64,000 nt of DNA from Octopus vulgaris (taxonomy: Eukaryota). Under the pieces are notes generated by a model. It ran no database searches. It was not told the origin of the DNA and saw nothing but the letters and a program-made list of their open reading frames with translations. Where the stretch lies: positions 1,178,001-1,242,000 of the forward strand of contig OX597822.1 in assembly GCA_951406725.2 (NCBI GenBank), read 5' to 3'. The translations under genes and the position numbers were made by a program. How positions within the stretch are numbered: position 1 is the stretch's first letter; each line of letters opens with the position of its first letter. This document shows positions 28,129-42,949 of the stretch, piece after piece.

Positions 28129-28756
28129 ACACACATATATATATATATATGTACACACACATATATATATGTACACACACACACAAACACAAAGTATGCA
28201 AACAGATGTAAGTAGTATGTACTGCTAAGTGTATAGATACATTTCTTGGTATATGTAATGAATATACATTTTAGATGTGTGTGTGTGTATGTGTAATGGA
28301 CGTATGTGTAATTTTGGCGTCTCGTGCACGCAAACACGAAAAATTACACTCATGTGCACACACACGTAAACATGCTTTTGTGTAAATTGTATTTCATGCA
28401 TACGTCTGCGTGTATGTGTGTATATATATGCTGTGTTTTCGATGTCCACCCACTACACTCCTTGTATTTAACGTAATAAGCGACCGAGAAGAAAAGTAAA
28501 TACGCTTCCTTATTTGTTCTGGCACTCAGTCAAATAAGCAAGAGGAAAACCTGAAGAAGGAATTCGTCTTGAACATGGAAACTTCCTTTCAAAGATGTAC
28601 ATCGAATGATGTAATTTTATGTTTACTATACATACACACATACTTATTCCCCTGAAAGTTATATAGAAACACATACATACGGACGTAAGTACGTATATAA
28701 GAAACCGATGCCATCATATTTGAAATATGCAAAATTTGTACGTATATATATATATG

Positions 28757-28805
<49 letters not shown>

Positions 28806-28806
28806 T

Positions 28807-28854
<48 letters not shown>

Positions 28855-29264
28855 GGAGAGAGAGACAGACAGACAGAGAGAGAGAGACAGAGAGAGAAAT
28901 GTAGATAGATTAGATGAATATATATGCTGGTTTATGTGCACACATGCATACATGAATATGCATAACTATTCGCACTCGTATGTATATAAATGTGTGTGTG
29001 TGTGTACTGTGTGTTTGTAGTGAGTATGTGTATGTGCCTAAATACTTAACTGAGTCGGATGCTGTTTGCCATACTGTATATAAAAGCAACAAATATCGTC
29101 AGAATAAAGGACAAAGTAATTGTGTAAAATATGTGATGCATATTTGTTGACAGTAACATCGAAATTTTGTTGCGTTTAATATGTTTTGAACATTTTAAAA
29201 GCAAGTAAATATAATTGAAGAGTTCATATATATATATTTAAATATATATCTCTATATCTCTATA

Positions 29265-29319
<55 letters not shown>

Positions 29320-29430
29320 AGAGAGAGAGAGAGAGAGGGGGAGACAGACAGACAGATGTACACTGGTACATATATAAATACGTATACCTACTTATACATA
29401 TATAAAAATATATGTGGGGGGCGGTGTATA

Positions 29431-29481
<51 letters not shown>

Positions 29482-29649
29482 ACACGTTTGTTTGTTGTAG
29501 TCGGTAGAGCGTCGCAGTGATTATGAGATGTATCTTACAGGTTTTTTACTTTATTTTTTATTTCCTGATGGAACACATCCCCGCTCCAAGACTGACTGCT
29601 GTCGATTTATTTTGGAGATCAAGGCAGATGTATGCAATAAATGGGGAAC

Positions 29650-29800
29650 GAGAGACGGTGAGGGCGATGGAAATGGGGAGAGAAGCGGTGAGGGCGATGG
29701 AAATGGAGAGAGAAGCGGTGAGGGCGATGGAAACGGAGAGAGAAGCGGTGAGGGCGATGGAAATGGAGAGAGAAGCGGTGAGGGCGGTGAAAATGGATGA
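29650..29800. repeat. 30-bp purine-rich minisatellite, ~5 units
   Basis: gagagaagcggtgagggcgatggaaatgga repeated. Confidence 0.9.
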
Positions 29801-30079
29801 GAGAGAGCTGGGTGGTAGAAAGAAAGATATAAGTGTAATAACTTTAATTCGGGACTGGTATCTGGTAATTTACGAGTCCAAAATGATGACAGGTAGAGAG
29901 ACTAACATCGTAGTATTTGAACTTCGAGCACAGAGAGCCAGAACGTGTATGGTAATGTAACCTATCCCAAGGGCTAACGTCTCCGCTATATGATCGCCTT
30001 TGTATATATATGTGCGTGCGTTAGAATGACTGCGTACTTGTGTGTATGTGTGTGTCCACGTTTTTGTATGTGGTTGTAG

Positions 30080-30244
<165 letters not shown>

Positions 30245-30468
30245 ACTGAATACGTATACACATGCAATATATATATATATATATATTGATATATATATAT
30301 GTTTGTATATATATATATTCATATATGTATTTATATATGTATATATATATATGTTTATATATATATATTTATATATATATATATATTGTGTGTGTGTGTG
30401 TATACAAATGTTTTTAGATATATATATATATATATGTATATATGTATATAGATATAATTATATATGTA

Positions 30469-30508
<40 letters not shown>

Positions 30509-30534
30509 ATTCTTTATATATATATTTATAATTG

Positions 30535-30581
<47 letters not shown>

Positions 30582-30673
30582 ATATATATATATGGTTTTA
30601 TATGTATGTATATAATTATACATATATGTATATAGATATATTTATATATATGTATATAGATATATATTATATA

Positions 30674-30717
<44 letters not shown>

Positions 30718-30780
30718 TTATATTTATATATATATATATGTACATATATGTATATATAAGTATATATCTGTATACATATG

Positions 30781-31890
<1,110 letters not shown>

Positions 31891-32083
31891 ATATAATGTG
31901 CGTGTATACACACACACGCGCACACGCTCACTCACGATCGAGCACACACATCCACACACACACACACACACACACAGAAACATTGGTATGCTTATATAAA
32001 TCCGCGTATGTGTTGTAGTCGTCATAAGAATTCTATAAACTTTGGCGAGAACACGAAATAATTTCAAGCTATATATAATAATC

Positions 32084-32139
<56 letters not shown>

Positions 32140-32500
32140 ATATATATATATATATATATATGGATGTGTGAGTGTGTATATGTATGTGAAACGCTTGTAG
32201 GCATTTTTGTCATTTATTAGTGTGTCCGATGAGATATCAGTTACGGTTCTTTGTGCTGTGACGGCAACATATGCAACTGCAGAAGTGCCAAGCTGGACGT
32301 GCCTCGCCATTTCCTCAGACAACAATCGCTGGTCGGCTGACGCAGGATCTCATTCATAAGCAGCTGCTAGTATTCCGTAATAAACCTTAGCTACACATAA
32401 GACACAGAGGTTAATTTTAGGTGCAGATATAACGTCTAACAAGTCCTGTCTGTCTTTCATTTTATCCATCTTCCTTCGTCTCTCTCTGTGTCTCTCTCAA

Positions 32501-32586
<86 letters not shown>

Positions 32587-32649
32587 CATATATATATATA
32601 TATATACATAAATATATCTATATACATATATATAAATATATCTATATAC

Positions 32650-32714
<65 letters not shown>

Positions 32715-33149
32715 TATACATGTATATGTATATGATATAATGTTATATAATATATAAATATATATATATTTATAAACACATTCATATACTCATACATATG
32801 TGTATATATATATGTATGCACAAACCCAGACACACAAACACACATGCATACACTGATGCAATACATACGGTTAGTTTTCATTATTGCTATTAGTTTTTCT
32901 GCTATGTGTGTGTTCATATGAATATTCGTATATATAACTTATCTATATTTAAGCAAATATATATATATATATATATATATACGCACACGCACGCGTATAT
33001 ACACACACATACATATATAATCATATGAATTTATTTAACCAGATATATTAATATAATCATCTATATATTTATTTATATAATTATATATAAATATTTATAC
33101 ATAACATCTTATATACGCGCATTTTATGCACAATCGTATATACCTATAT

Positions 33150-33213
<64 letters not shown>

Positions 33214-33600
33214 TTATATATATAATCATATACATATATGACAGTTGAAAAGAATACTTGTGACAAATCATAAATAAATAAATAAAAAATAATTGCTAGC
33301 ACTGTAGTTGCGGTTGGGCCCCTTTATTATAGGGGCAACCAATATTTTTAGACTCAGTCTGCCACTGCATACACACACACACACACACACACTGATATAT
33401 ATAATTATATATGTAATCGTATATATATACATATATATATATATACTTGTATATATATATATACATATATATATATACATACATGTATATATATTTATAT
33501 ATATATATATACAATATATATATGTATATATATACTATATATATATGCATAAATATATATACATGCATATATATATATATATATACAAATATGTGTAATC

Positions 33601-33637
<37 letters not shown>

Positions 33638-34047
33638 TATATGCATATGTCTATATATGTGTATATATATATTTATATATAATCATATATGCATGTCTCT
33701 TCTCTCTCTGTGTGTGTGTATGTGTGTGTGTGTGTGTGGGTGTGGGTGGGTGTGTGTGTGCGTGCGTGTGTGTGTATTCATTCATAGATAATGATTTATT
33801 AATTACCTTTTTATTTCTTATCTTTTTTACTAAATAAATGTATATAGTTACCTTCAAGTTGAGTATTAATCTTTAATATTCAACATCCTTTGTACACGTA
33901 ACTATCCAGTACTTGCATAAGATTTCGCTATCCCTGAATTAGGCTTGTAACGTGTAATTGTATATTTATACATCATTGTAAATGTATATATATATATATA
34001 TATATATACGGTTTGTATATATGTTTATATATGTATATATATATGTA

Positions 34048-34697
34048 CGGTTTCTTGAGTTGCTTGAACTAAAAATCGAAACGGTAGGAGATAAACTAAC
34101 TGCCTGAACTTGGCTATGAATGCAGTTTGTAATATTACCTTCTACGTATTTTTTGTGCAAGTTTTGAAGAGTGTAGTTCGATTTTAACAGTTATTTTTTC
34201 AAAGATATAATGTGTCAAAGGAGCATATTCGGCATATCTTGCTTTATGAGTTCAATAAAGGCAACAACGTAACGGAAAGTGCGAGGAATATTAATTTCAG
34301 TAGATGGAGATCGGACAATAAGCGTACGCAAGTGTCAACGATGCTTCCAGAAATTCTGACCCGGAAACTACAGTCTTGTAGACGATCATCATTGTGGAAG
34401 ATTTGTAGAGCTCGACGAGGATGTCCTGCAAACTCTGGTGGGATATAATCCCATCGTAGCTGTTCAAGAACTAGCAGGGTGGCTTGGATTTGGTCATTCG
34501 GCCATTCATTGACACCTGCATGTCATCTGAAAGCCACCATCTTTGCTTTCATGACGAAAGGTATTTTACCGTCAGGATATTGCTTCGCCACATGTAACGA
34601 GGATGACATTCCAAAGGCTGAAGCAGTGTGAATGGAGAATGATGCCACATTCATTATATTCGTTGGACATTTCCCTATCGGATTATCATTTCTTCCT
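34048..34697 (+). mobile_element. Internally deleted mariner transposon remnant
   Basis: N-terminal HTH-type peptide KEHIRHILLYEFNKGNNVTESARNIN and C-terminal PHSLYSLDISLSDYHFF (YSPDL-like motif); homologous to 58891-59778; homology ends where a Dong fragment begins. Confidence 0.85.
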
Positions 34698-34719
34698 CTC
34701 TTTTCTATTTCTTCTATTG

Positions 34720-35025
34720 TATTTGTTTTGCCTTCAGCCATTTGTCTATATGTTGGCTTACTTTTACCAAAGCCCTGATTGTTATAGGCTGTTTGCAGAC
34801 TTCAATTCTTCCTATTTCAAGTTTCAACGTAAATTTATATTATTATTTTCTTTTGTTTTTGGCTTTTCTACCTCTTTCTTTACGATCCTGGAATCAAACG
34901 GTCATAAAATGTCAATAAATAAGCATCTTCGCTTTCCCTTATCTATAATTGTAATATCTGGTCTATTATTTTCTTATTTCTTGCCAGACTTCAGTACTCT
35001 TTCGATGCGATTATTGTACCATGTC
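34720..35025 (-). pseudogene. Decayed R4/Dong-type restriction-like endonuclease fragment
   Basis: Minus-strand NNRPDITIIDKGKRRCLFIDIL*PFDSRIVKKEVEK fits the PD..D..K RLE motif; contains stops. Confidence 0.65.
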
Positions 35026-35049
35026 ATCATCATCATCATCATCATCATC

Positions 35050-35136
<87 letters not shown>

Positions 35137-35137
<1 letters not shown>

Positions 35138-37080
35138 TATGTTTGAGTTTTGCTTTATATTTGTACAAGTTGGCTCCAAGTCTCACCCAGAGACCTCAAG
35201 AGACAACAGGTTGGAAGTTCATGTTGTTGTTATGCCTAGTGTGCCATATATTTGGGGGGGGGGGTTGGTGTTGTACTAATGAATGTCAAAAAAAAAGAAA
35301 TTTTTTTTTTTTTTTTAACCGAAAATTATGTTTGTTTTAAACCTTGAGATTACATAGAAAGTATTTTGCGTAGGATATGAGCAGTTCCCATGAGCACTAT
35401 CTTTTGAACTTCTGCCATTTTTGGGTTTCCTGGTATCTGAGTTAGGTAGCTATCAGCCCCTGTTGCTATCATTCCCAGGGCACCTATGACAACAGGTATT
35501 GTTTTAGTCTTCAGCTTCCACATTTTGCTGATTTCTATTTCAAGATCTTTATATTTGCTCAGTTTTTGGTAGGTCTTGACAGATACGTTTATATCGATTG
35601 GGACAGTCATATCAATGAGGTGGCATGTTCTTTGTTTGAAGTCTTTCAATATGATGTCTGGCCTATTTGCATCTATCTTTCTGTCAGTTTGAATGGTGAA
35701 GTTCCAGAGGAGTGAGATGTGGTCATTTTCAAGCACTGGGGGTGGATTGTGTTCCCACCAGTTTTTTTCATGAGGCAAATCCAGGTTTTTGCAGATTACC
35801 CAGTAAATATATTGTGCAGCTCTATCGTGTCTGTTGAGATACTCTGTAGGCGCTAGAAGACTGCACTTGGAGACCACATGGTCAATGGTTTCATTTTGTT
35901 GCTGGCATACACGACACGTTGGACTGCTTCTGATCTTTAATATGTTGGCCTGGTAGTTTCTTCTTGGTAGGCATTGATCTTGAGCTGCTATGATAAACCC
36001 CTCTGTTTCAGATTTTAAGCCAGAGGCCATTAGCCATTGATGGGTCAGGGCTTTGTCAACATCTGCATTATTTGCTCTCTTTGGGTATTTGCCATAGAGA
36101 GGTTTTTCTTGCCATTTATCATTCAGAATATCTAAGGCCGTAGATTTAGCACAGGTTTTCATGCGCTTAGCTTTTTCTGTGCCTGTTTCTTGTATGTCTA
36201 TCTCTAATTCCGAAATTTGTTGTATTCGGAATTCACTTAGATATTCCTTTGCCTGTTTTGTGACTGAGTATAATGCTTTCTTATTTTCATGTTTTGAGAC
36301 AAGTTTTAACATCCAGTCCTCAGAGTTTTTCCGGTAGGTGTCTAGGCCAATTGTAGCAATCTTCATTGTTATTGCCAGTTGTAAAAGTCCACGGCCTCCC
36401 TCTTTTCTTGGCAGACAAAGTCGTTCTGTATCTGCCTTAGGGTGGTGCATTCTATGCATTGTCAACAATTTTCTTATTTTTCTGTCGAGCTGACATATTT
36501 CAGTAATTGACCAGTTAACGATATTGAAACTGTAAGTCACGACTGGTATGGCTAATGCATTAATCGCTTCGATCCTGTTTCTCGCATTCAGCTCTGTCTT
36601 GAGTATTGCTCTTACTCTGCGATAGCATTCTCTCCTGATCCTTTCCTTCATCTCTGAATGCCTTATTCCTTCTCCTTCAATTATCCCTAGATACTTGTAG
36701 TTCTCTGCTGGGTCTAATTCTTTTATGACATTCTGCTGGTCAAGGTTAACGTTAGATGTTTCTGTCATTTTTCCTTTGATAAAGGTAGCTTTTGCACACT
36801 TATCGAGGCCAAATTGCATTCTGATGTCATCACTGAATTGTTTGACAATCGCTAGTAAGCCCTTGAGTTGTTGGTCATTTTTTGCAAAGAGCTTTAAATC
36901 ATCCATGTAAATGAGATGATTTATATTTTTATCAAACATTTTATACCCGTACTGCGCGTCATTGAGCAGTTTTGAGAGAGGTATTAAGGCTAAACAGAAG
37001 AGGAGTGGTGATAGTGAGTCACCCGGGAAAATGCCACATGAAATTTTTACATCACCAGCATTTAGAGATTCATTGTCACT
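35137..37080 (-). mobile_element. 5'-truncated R4/Dong-clade non-LTR retrotransposon in (TAA)n (family A)
   Basis: RT-CCHC-RLE ORF followed by ~210-bp 3' UTR; (TAA)n at both junctions. Confidence 0.92.
35350..37080 (-). CDS. Partial RT + CCHC zinc knuckle + RLE endonuclease ORF (N-terminus missing)
   Basis: GIFPGDSLSPLLF, HLIYMDDLKL, YKYLG, CRVC..ETIDHVVSKC, RHD, NRPDI..LIDMTVP..KLSKYKDL; the track's start at 37140 lies in the neighbouring element and microsatellite. Confidence 0.9.
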   Translation of the reverse strand, partial: SDNESLNAGDVKISCGIFPGDSLSPLLFCLALIPLSKLLNDAQYGYKMFDKNINHLIYMDDLKLFAKNDQQLKGLLAIVKQFSDDIRMQFGLDKCAKATFIKGKMTETSNVNLDQQNVIKELDPAENYKYLGIIEGEGIRHSEMKERIRRECYRRVRAILKTELNARNRIEAINALAIPVVTYSFNIVNWSITEICQLDRKIRKLLTMHRMHHPKADTERLCLPRKEGGRGLLQLAITMKIATIGLDTYRKNSEDWMLKLVSKHENKKALYSVTKQAKEYLSEFRIQQISELEIDIQETGTEKAKRMKTCAKSTALDILNDKWQEKPLYGKYPKRANNADVDKALTHQWLMASGLKSETEGFIIAAQDQCLPRRNYQANILKIRSSPTCRVCQQQNETIDHVVSKCSLLAPTEYLNRHDRAAQYIYWVICKNLDLPHEKNWWEHNPPPVLENDHISLLWNFTIQTDRKIDANRPDIILKDFKQRTCHLIDMTVPIDINVSVKTYQKLSKYKDLEIEISKMWKLKTKTIPVVIGALGMIATGADSYLTQIPGNPKMAEVQKIVLMGTAHILRKILSM

Positions 37081-37106
37081 GTTATTATTATTATTATTAT
37101 TATTAT

Positions 37107-37486
37107 GACTTTTTTTTTCTTCTTTCAAATTTTCTTCCATTTCTTGCCGAGTGTCTTCCCGACTCCTAGGGCAAAGAAACTCATAGTGTATATTGGTAGG
37201 CCATTAAACCAAACTCAGTAGTTCGTTCGTTCATTTTTTTTTTTTTTCTTAAGTTAAATTAAAATACATGAGCAGCAACAGTTCTCACATCGACAATGCT
37301 CTTCTCAAAACGTGTGATGTACCAGTTAAGACAATCTTTTGCACTTCTTGCAGGGATGGTAAGCCAGGGATCATTCTCATATAATTTTTGATTCCCTTCT
37401 TGATCATTCCTAGTGCTCCTACGATCACTGGTATTGTAACCGCCTTGAGATGCCACATTTTCTCAATTTCAATGAGTAGGTCTTTA

Positions 37487-37490
<4 letters not shown>
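37107..37490 (-). mobile_element. Severely 5'-truncated Dong-like element (family B): RLE C-terminus + 3' UTR
   Basis: KYKDLLIEIEKMWHLKAVTIPVIVGALGMI...VQKIVLTGTSHVLRRALSM*; 3' UTR end near-identical to 55751-55856; (TAA)n on both sides. Confidence 0.88.
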
Positions 37491-37547
<57 letters not shown>

Positions 37548-37730
37548 GAAGGCGGTGTGCTGGTAGAATCGTTAGCATGCCGGGTGAAATGCCTGGTGGT
37601 ATTCCGTCCGTCTTCAGGTTCTGAGTTCAAATTCCACTGTGGACCGCTTTACCTTTCATGTTTTTGGGGTCAATAAAATAAGTACATCTCCTCCTCTAAA
37701 ATTGCTGCCCTTGTTGCAAAATGTGAAACC
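37548..37730 (+). mobile_element. SINE monomer (family of 12373-13139), diverged
   Basis: aaggcggtgtgctggtagaatcgttagc...ttctgagttcaaattcc. Confidence 0.75.
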
Positions 37731-37734
37731 ATTA

Positions 37735-37766
37735 TTACTATTATTATTATTATTATTATTATTGTT

Positions 37767-37804
<38 letters not shown>

Positions 37805-37814
37805 TATTATTATG

Positions 37815-37870
<56 letters not shown>

Positions 37871-37873
37871 TAC

Positions 37874-37945
<72 letters not shown>

Positions 37946-37970
37946 CATTATTATTTTTATTATTATTATA
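37735..37970. repeat. (TAA)n/(TCA)n microsatellite
   Basis: Directly visible. Confidence 0.95.
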
Positions 37971-38664
37971 ATAAAGGCGGTGAGGTGGCAGAATTGTTAG
38001 CACTCCGGGCGAAACGCTAAGCGCTGTTTCACCCAACATGATATTGTTGTCTTTATTGCATGAATCTATGTTGTTGGAAATACCTTATTTTAGTTTCATC
38101 AGCCGTACCCTTTCGTGCTGGCTTAGGGTAGGTTGGAAGCGGGTATGAATTTTTTAGTTCTTCTCCTAGATTGTTTCTTTTCATCGCAATTAAGGAGCTC
38201 AATTTACCCTTAGAAACATCTAGTTAATTCTTACATGGGACCCTGGCAGCGACTGCGGGACTGGATCAGAACGGGCCTGTGAGTAATGGTAATTAAGATG
38301 TATCTCCATGCCCACCACAACTTTAGAACTCACAAACTGGAGCCTCACCACCGGACGCAGTTTAATGTGATTCTCAAGCGGAAGATAAAGCATGTACATA
38401 CATACATACATGCATACATACATACATACATACATACATACATACATCCATATATACATAGATACATACATACATGCATACATACATACATACACAGATA
38501 TATCTGATAACCAAGATTGGCTGAAGTGCTTCATTAGGACATACATGCAAAAATATATGCACTGTCCATATACATATACATATATACATGTCTGTCTGTG
38601 TGTTTCTAATTAATCTAATTTATTTGATTTTATTTATCTGTCTTTATCTCTGTCTACATAAATG

Positions 38665-38786
38665 CATACATACATACATACATACATACATACATACATA
38701 CATACATACATACATACATACATACATACATACATGCATGCATGCATACATACATACATACATACATACATACATACATACATACA

Positions 38787-38815
<29 letters not shown>
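38665..38815. repeat. (TACA)n microsatellite
   Basis: Directly visible. Confidence 0.95.
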
Positions 38816-38819
<4 letters not shown>

Positions 38820-39166
38820 TTTGTTTCTAGTAAAAAATTATACACATTTATTGATGTATCACTCACTATGATTTTGTAGTGTCAATACTGGATAATATGC
38901 ATTTCTCTTCTGAACGTGGCATAAGTAGTACGAAATATTCTGCGCTGCGAATAGTGTGCAACTAGTCTAGAAACAGCCGTAAAGTATTACCTACACACAT
39001 CTTTTCCATCATTTACAAGTCTTTCACTAGTGACAGCACTGATCTACCAACCTGTCTAACTCTATATCAATTCTACGGACTTGTTTTCTACACCGACCAG
39101 AAATGTAGCTCCCTACATCTGATCCACGACGAACGGTTTACATTCCAGATTCTTTGGGTTTACTGG

Positions 39167-39198
<32 letters not shown>

Positions 39199-39355
39199 CA
39201 GTAAATTGTCTAGCAATAAATATGTTATATATAAGAAATTGTCGAACCCTCACACATTGTCTAATGACGGGAGAGTCCGTTATAAACATATACATATATA
39301 TATATATATGTGTATATATATATATTTATGTATATATATATATATATACATACTT

Positions 39356-39429
<74 letters not shown>

Positions 39430-39431
<2 letters not shown>

Positions 39432-39585
39432 GGCTTGGTTGTGTGGTAAGAAGCTTGCTTTCCAATCACATGCTTCCAGGTTCAATTCCACCGCAGTGTA
39501 TTTAGGCAAGTATCATTTACTATAACCTCGGGTCAACCAAAACCTTTTGAGTGGATTTTCTAGGCGGAAACTGAAGTAAGTCTGT

Positions 39586-39679
<94 letters not shown>

Positions 39680-40013
39680 GTGGTTTCATTAATTCTGTTT
39701 CGGTTTGTAAGATAAAACGCTCAATTGTACTTAAAATGTTTCCGTTCACAGTCCTGTTTGCTCACCGTGTTATACCATCGAGATCCGTGAAAGCATGTTG
39801 CTATCTGTAGTATGATGACGTTGACCAAACATTAATCTTTTCATACCAATCTGCTTGGTGTACAGACTTCAAGGATTTAAAACCACCATCGCTTGACAAC
39901 CGGTGTTCGTGAGTTTGTGTCTTTGCAACGTAGCAGTTCGGCAAAAGATGACGATAAAATTTGCACTAGGCTTACAAAGTCCTGGGATCGATTTCTTCGA
40001 CTAAAAAACCTTT
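39430..40013 (+). mobile_element. SINE (family of 10951-11362), interrupted
   Basis: Head 39430-39590 and body 39885-40013, separated by (TA)(TG)n plus ~200 bp of unrelated sequence. Confidence 0.7.
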
Positions 40014-40414
40014 AATGAAGAAAAGAAATCTCGTTCAGAGAGTTATTATTGCTTGTTTACACTTTTTCGAGATCAGTGACGAAAAGTCACTGGAAAAAGG
40101 ATATTTATATTTGCATTGGGACCCCTTTGCATCGAAGACCGGTGACTGTCGTGTACTGATGACGGTTAAATGCTCAGAAACCCGGGTCCGTGTGTATCAC
40201 GTCTGGTCAACGATGGGAAGGATGGCTTCCCTTTGCAAATACCGATAGGGCACAGAAAGTGTGTCAATAGTTAGCTGGAGAAGATGTTCTCCTGGGGCTA
40301 CAAGCTACAGTAACATCCACCCTTAGTGGTTGGCCACATTTAGATGGCAAATATACATCATATTGTCGTTCACTTACTGTTTATACCTCGTTCAGAGATT
40401 TATTATATATATAT

Positions 40415-40602
40415 ATCACCGTGATCACCGTGACCGACCAAGCTATCAGATGTTGCTGCACATCGCTGGTCACAATGCGCTTCGCATTGTTTTAGCCTCC
40501 AAATGACGCCACCCCGCTGACTAAGCGATCAGGCCAACAGAAGCAAGAGTGAGAGAAATTTGTGGCGAAAGGGTACCGTAGGGATCACCACCACCCCCTG
40601 CC
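40415..40602 (-). mobile_element. SINE 3' part sharing its middle segment with 10206-10506 but with a different tail
   Basis: Reverse complement ggcagggggtggtggtgatccct...ttctctcactctt matches 10328-10385, then diverges. Confidence 0.6.
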
Positions 40603-40881
40603 GTGTGTATGTGTGTGTGTGTGTGTCTCCCCGCTCGTCAACCTCTGTCTGTCTGCCTGTCTCTCCTGTCTCTCTTTCTCCCAATGTGTACACACGCACA
40701 GTTTGAGCATCTATGAGTGCCTGTGTATTTTTGTGTTTAACTTTTGTGTAATGCTAACCTCTCTAAATATGTGGTTTGTAATCTATACGTCATCCGTCTC
40801 TCTCTCCCTCTTTTTATCTCTCTCTCTCTCTCCCACATACTCTGTTTTTCTATCCCTCACTCCTTTTTCCTTTCCTCCCAC

Positions 40882-40917
<36 letters not shown>

Positions 40918-41056
40918 TCCCTTTCGCTGCTGCACACTAGAGTGTGAGTATGCGATTGTAAATGTTTTATTTCTTCGTTGAATCGATAACCAATGAAAGA
41001 TTTCCGTGGAAGTTAATGTCATACTGGCACAAGTCACATATGTGACCTTCCTCAAT

Positions 41057-41057
41057 G

Positions 41058-41103
<46 letters not shown>

Positions 41104-41520
41104 CACCACCACCACCACCACCACCACTACTACTACTAATACTACTACCAACAACAACACCACCACCACCACTACTACTACTACCACCACCGCCGCCACC
41201 GCTGCCGCACCCCCCACCACCACTGCCGCCGCCGCTACCACCACCACTGCCGCCACCACCACCACTGCCGCCGCCGCCACCACCACCACTACTACTATTA
41301 CTATTGCTACTCCTGCTGCTGCCGCTACGGCCGCTGCTGTTGCTGTTACCACATGTAATTTGTATGAGGAGAGCTAGTAGTAGTAGTAGTGGTATTAGTA
41401 GTAGTAGTCTCGTGAGTTTTATACTTACTTTCCCTTGTTTGTTTCGTTCTTCTTCCTCCTCCTCCACCTCCTCCTCCTCCTCCTCCTCCTCCTCTTCTTC
41501 TTCTTCCTCTTCTTCTTTAT
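41057..41520. repeat. Compound trinucleotide tract (CTA/CCA/CCG/CTG/TAG/CCT)n
   Basis: Directly visible; open in several frames only because of low complexity. Confidence 0.9.
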
Positions 41521-41786
41521 AACTGTCATCATTACCATCACAAAAAAAAACCTATCAATCTCACGCGATCATAATAATCGTCATCGTCAATTGAATGAAA
41601 AATTTTTTGAATAAAATGATAGCGATTACAATAATGATAATGAAGATGATGATGAACCTCATCATCGTTATTGTCATCATTATCATCGACATCTTTTCAT
41701 CGTTCAAATTGCTTTCATCGCATTGAGTGATATGTCTCTTAATTCCCCACCCCCCATCACTTTGTACGCGATTTATTCACTGACAA

Positions 41787-41820
<34 letters not shown>

Positions 41821-41955
41821 GTGCGTGTTTGTGCAGATGTGAGTGTGAGTCTAATATCTGTATGTATGCTCTCGTTCGGTCGACGGATCCCGTGAACACA
41901 CACAATTATCTGTCTCCTCTAGCTGTGTATCTGTATGTACACACATACACACACA

Positions 41956-42043
<88 letters not shown>

Positions 42044-42289
42044 TTGATTGAAAATATAACTACAACCGTTTCAACGCATCATTAGCAGCTGTCAATTGCT
42101 GAAAGATACGTATATTATAAATTGCAGTTAACCTGAAGAAGAATTTTCCAAAGCATCCTATAAGGATTTCCCCCCTCAGATAATATGTGTGTGTGTGTCT
42201 GTGTCTATGTGTGCACCTATCTATCTGTATGTCTGTTGGTGTATGCATCTATGTATGGTGTGTGTATCGTTAAAAGTGGGATAGTATTG

Positions 42290-42558
42290 CTGATGAAGGT
42301 CCCAGCCGGAGACCGGTATTAGCTTGACAATTGATTGAAAAGAGGCGAGAAGCTGAAGTTTGCTACCAGAAAGAGAAAAATTAAATGAAAATGGTCGCTA
42401 AACGGTAGGATGGATAGCGACTTGAAGTGCAGGCAGTGTAGCCGGAACTGTCATTCGGATGCGGGTTTTTGCAGTCATAACAAACGCTGTTCTGCCAATA
42501 AGACTTTCCACGTGCTAATCGCTGATCCATGATCTCATGTAAATGACTAAAGGATGCC
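42290..42558 (+). mobile_element. RTE-clade LINE 3' end remnant
   Basis: Peptide LKCRQCSRNCHSDAGFCSHNKRCS resembles the C-terminal zinc finger of RTE/BovB-like ORFs, followed by a short tail ccatgatctc...aaggatgcc. Confidence 0.65.
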
Positions 42559-42722
42559 TCTTCATCTTCCTCCCCCTCCTTTTCCTCCTCCCCTTCACAC
42601 ACACACATACGCGCGCGCGCACATACACACACACACTTATACAGACAATATATATAAGCGTGTATGTGTGTATTTGTATGTTCGCCTGCATCTATGTGTA
42701 TGTATACATATGTATGTACATG

Positions 42723-42782
<60 letters not shown>

Positions 42783-42891
42783 GATGATAAGATCGTTAAT
42801 TTAAATTAAATAACGATCTTATCAAGTGGCCAGCATGGAAATAAAAACCTTCAAAGGTTATAATTATTATTAAAATTACAACTTATACATA

Positions 42892-42949
<58 letters not shown>

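Noticed and set aside
34603-35340. 245-aa hydrophobic ORF
   Set aside because: Chimera of mariner end, antisense Dong fragments and (ATT)n
40967-41522. Mucin-like, poly-Pro or Gly/Ser ORFs, with a minus-strand HICDLC zinc-finger-like motif
   Set aside because: Trinucleotide tract open in many frames; the CxxC lacks the downstream His pair; no convincing splice context
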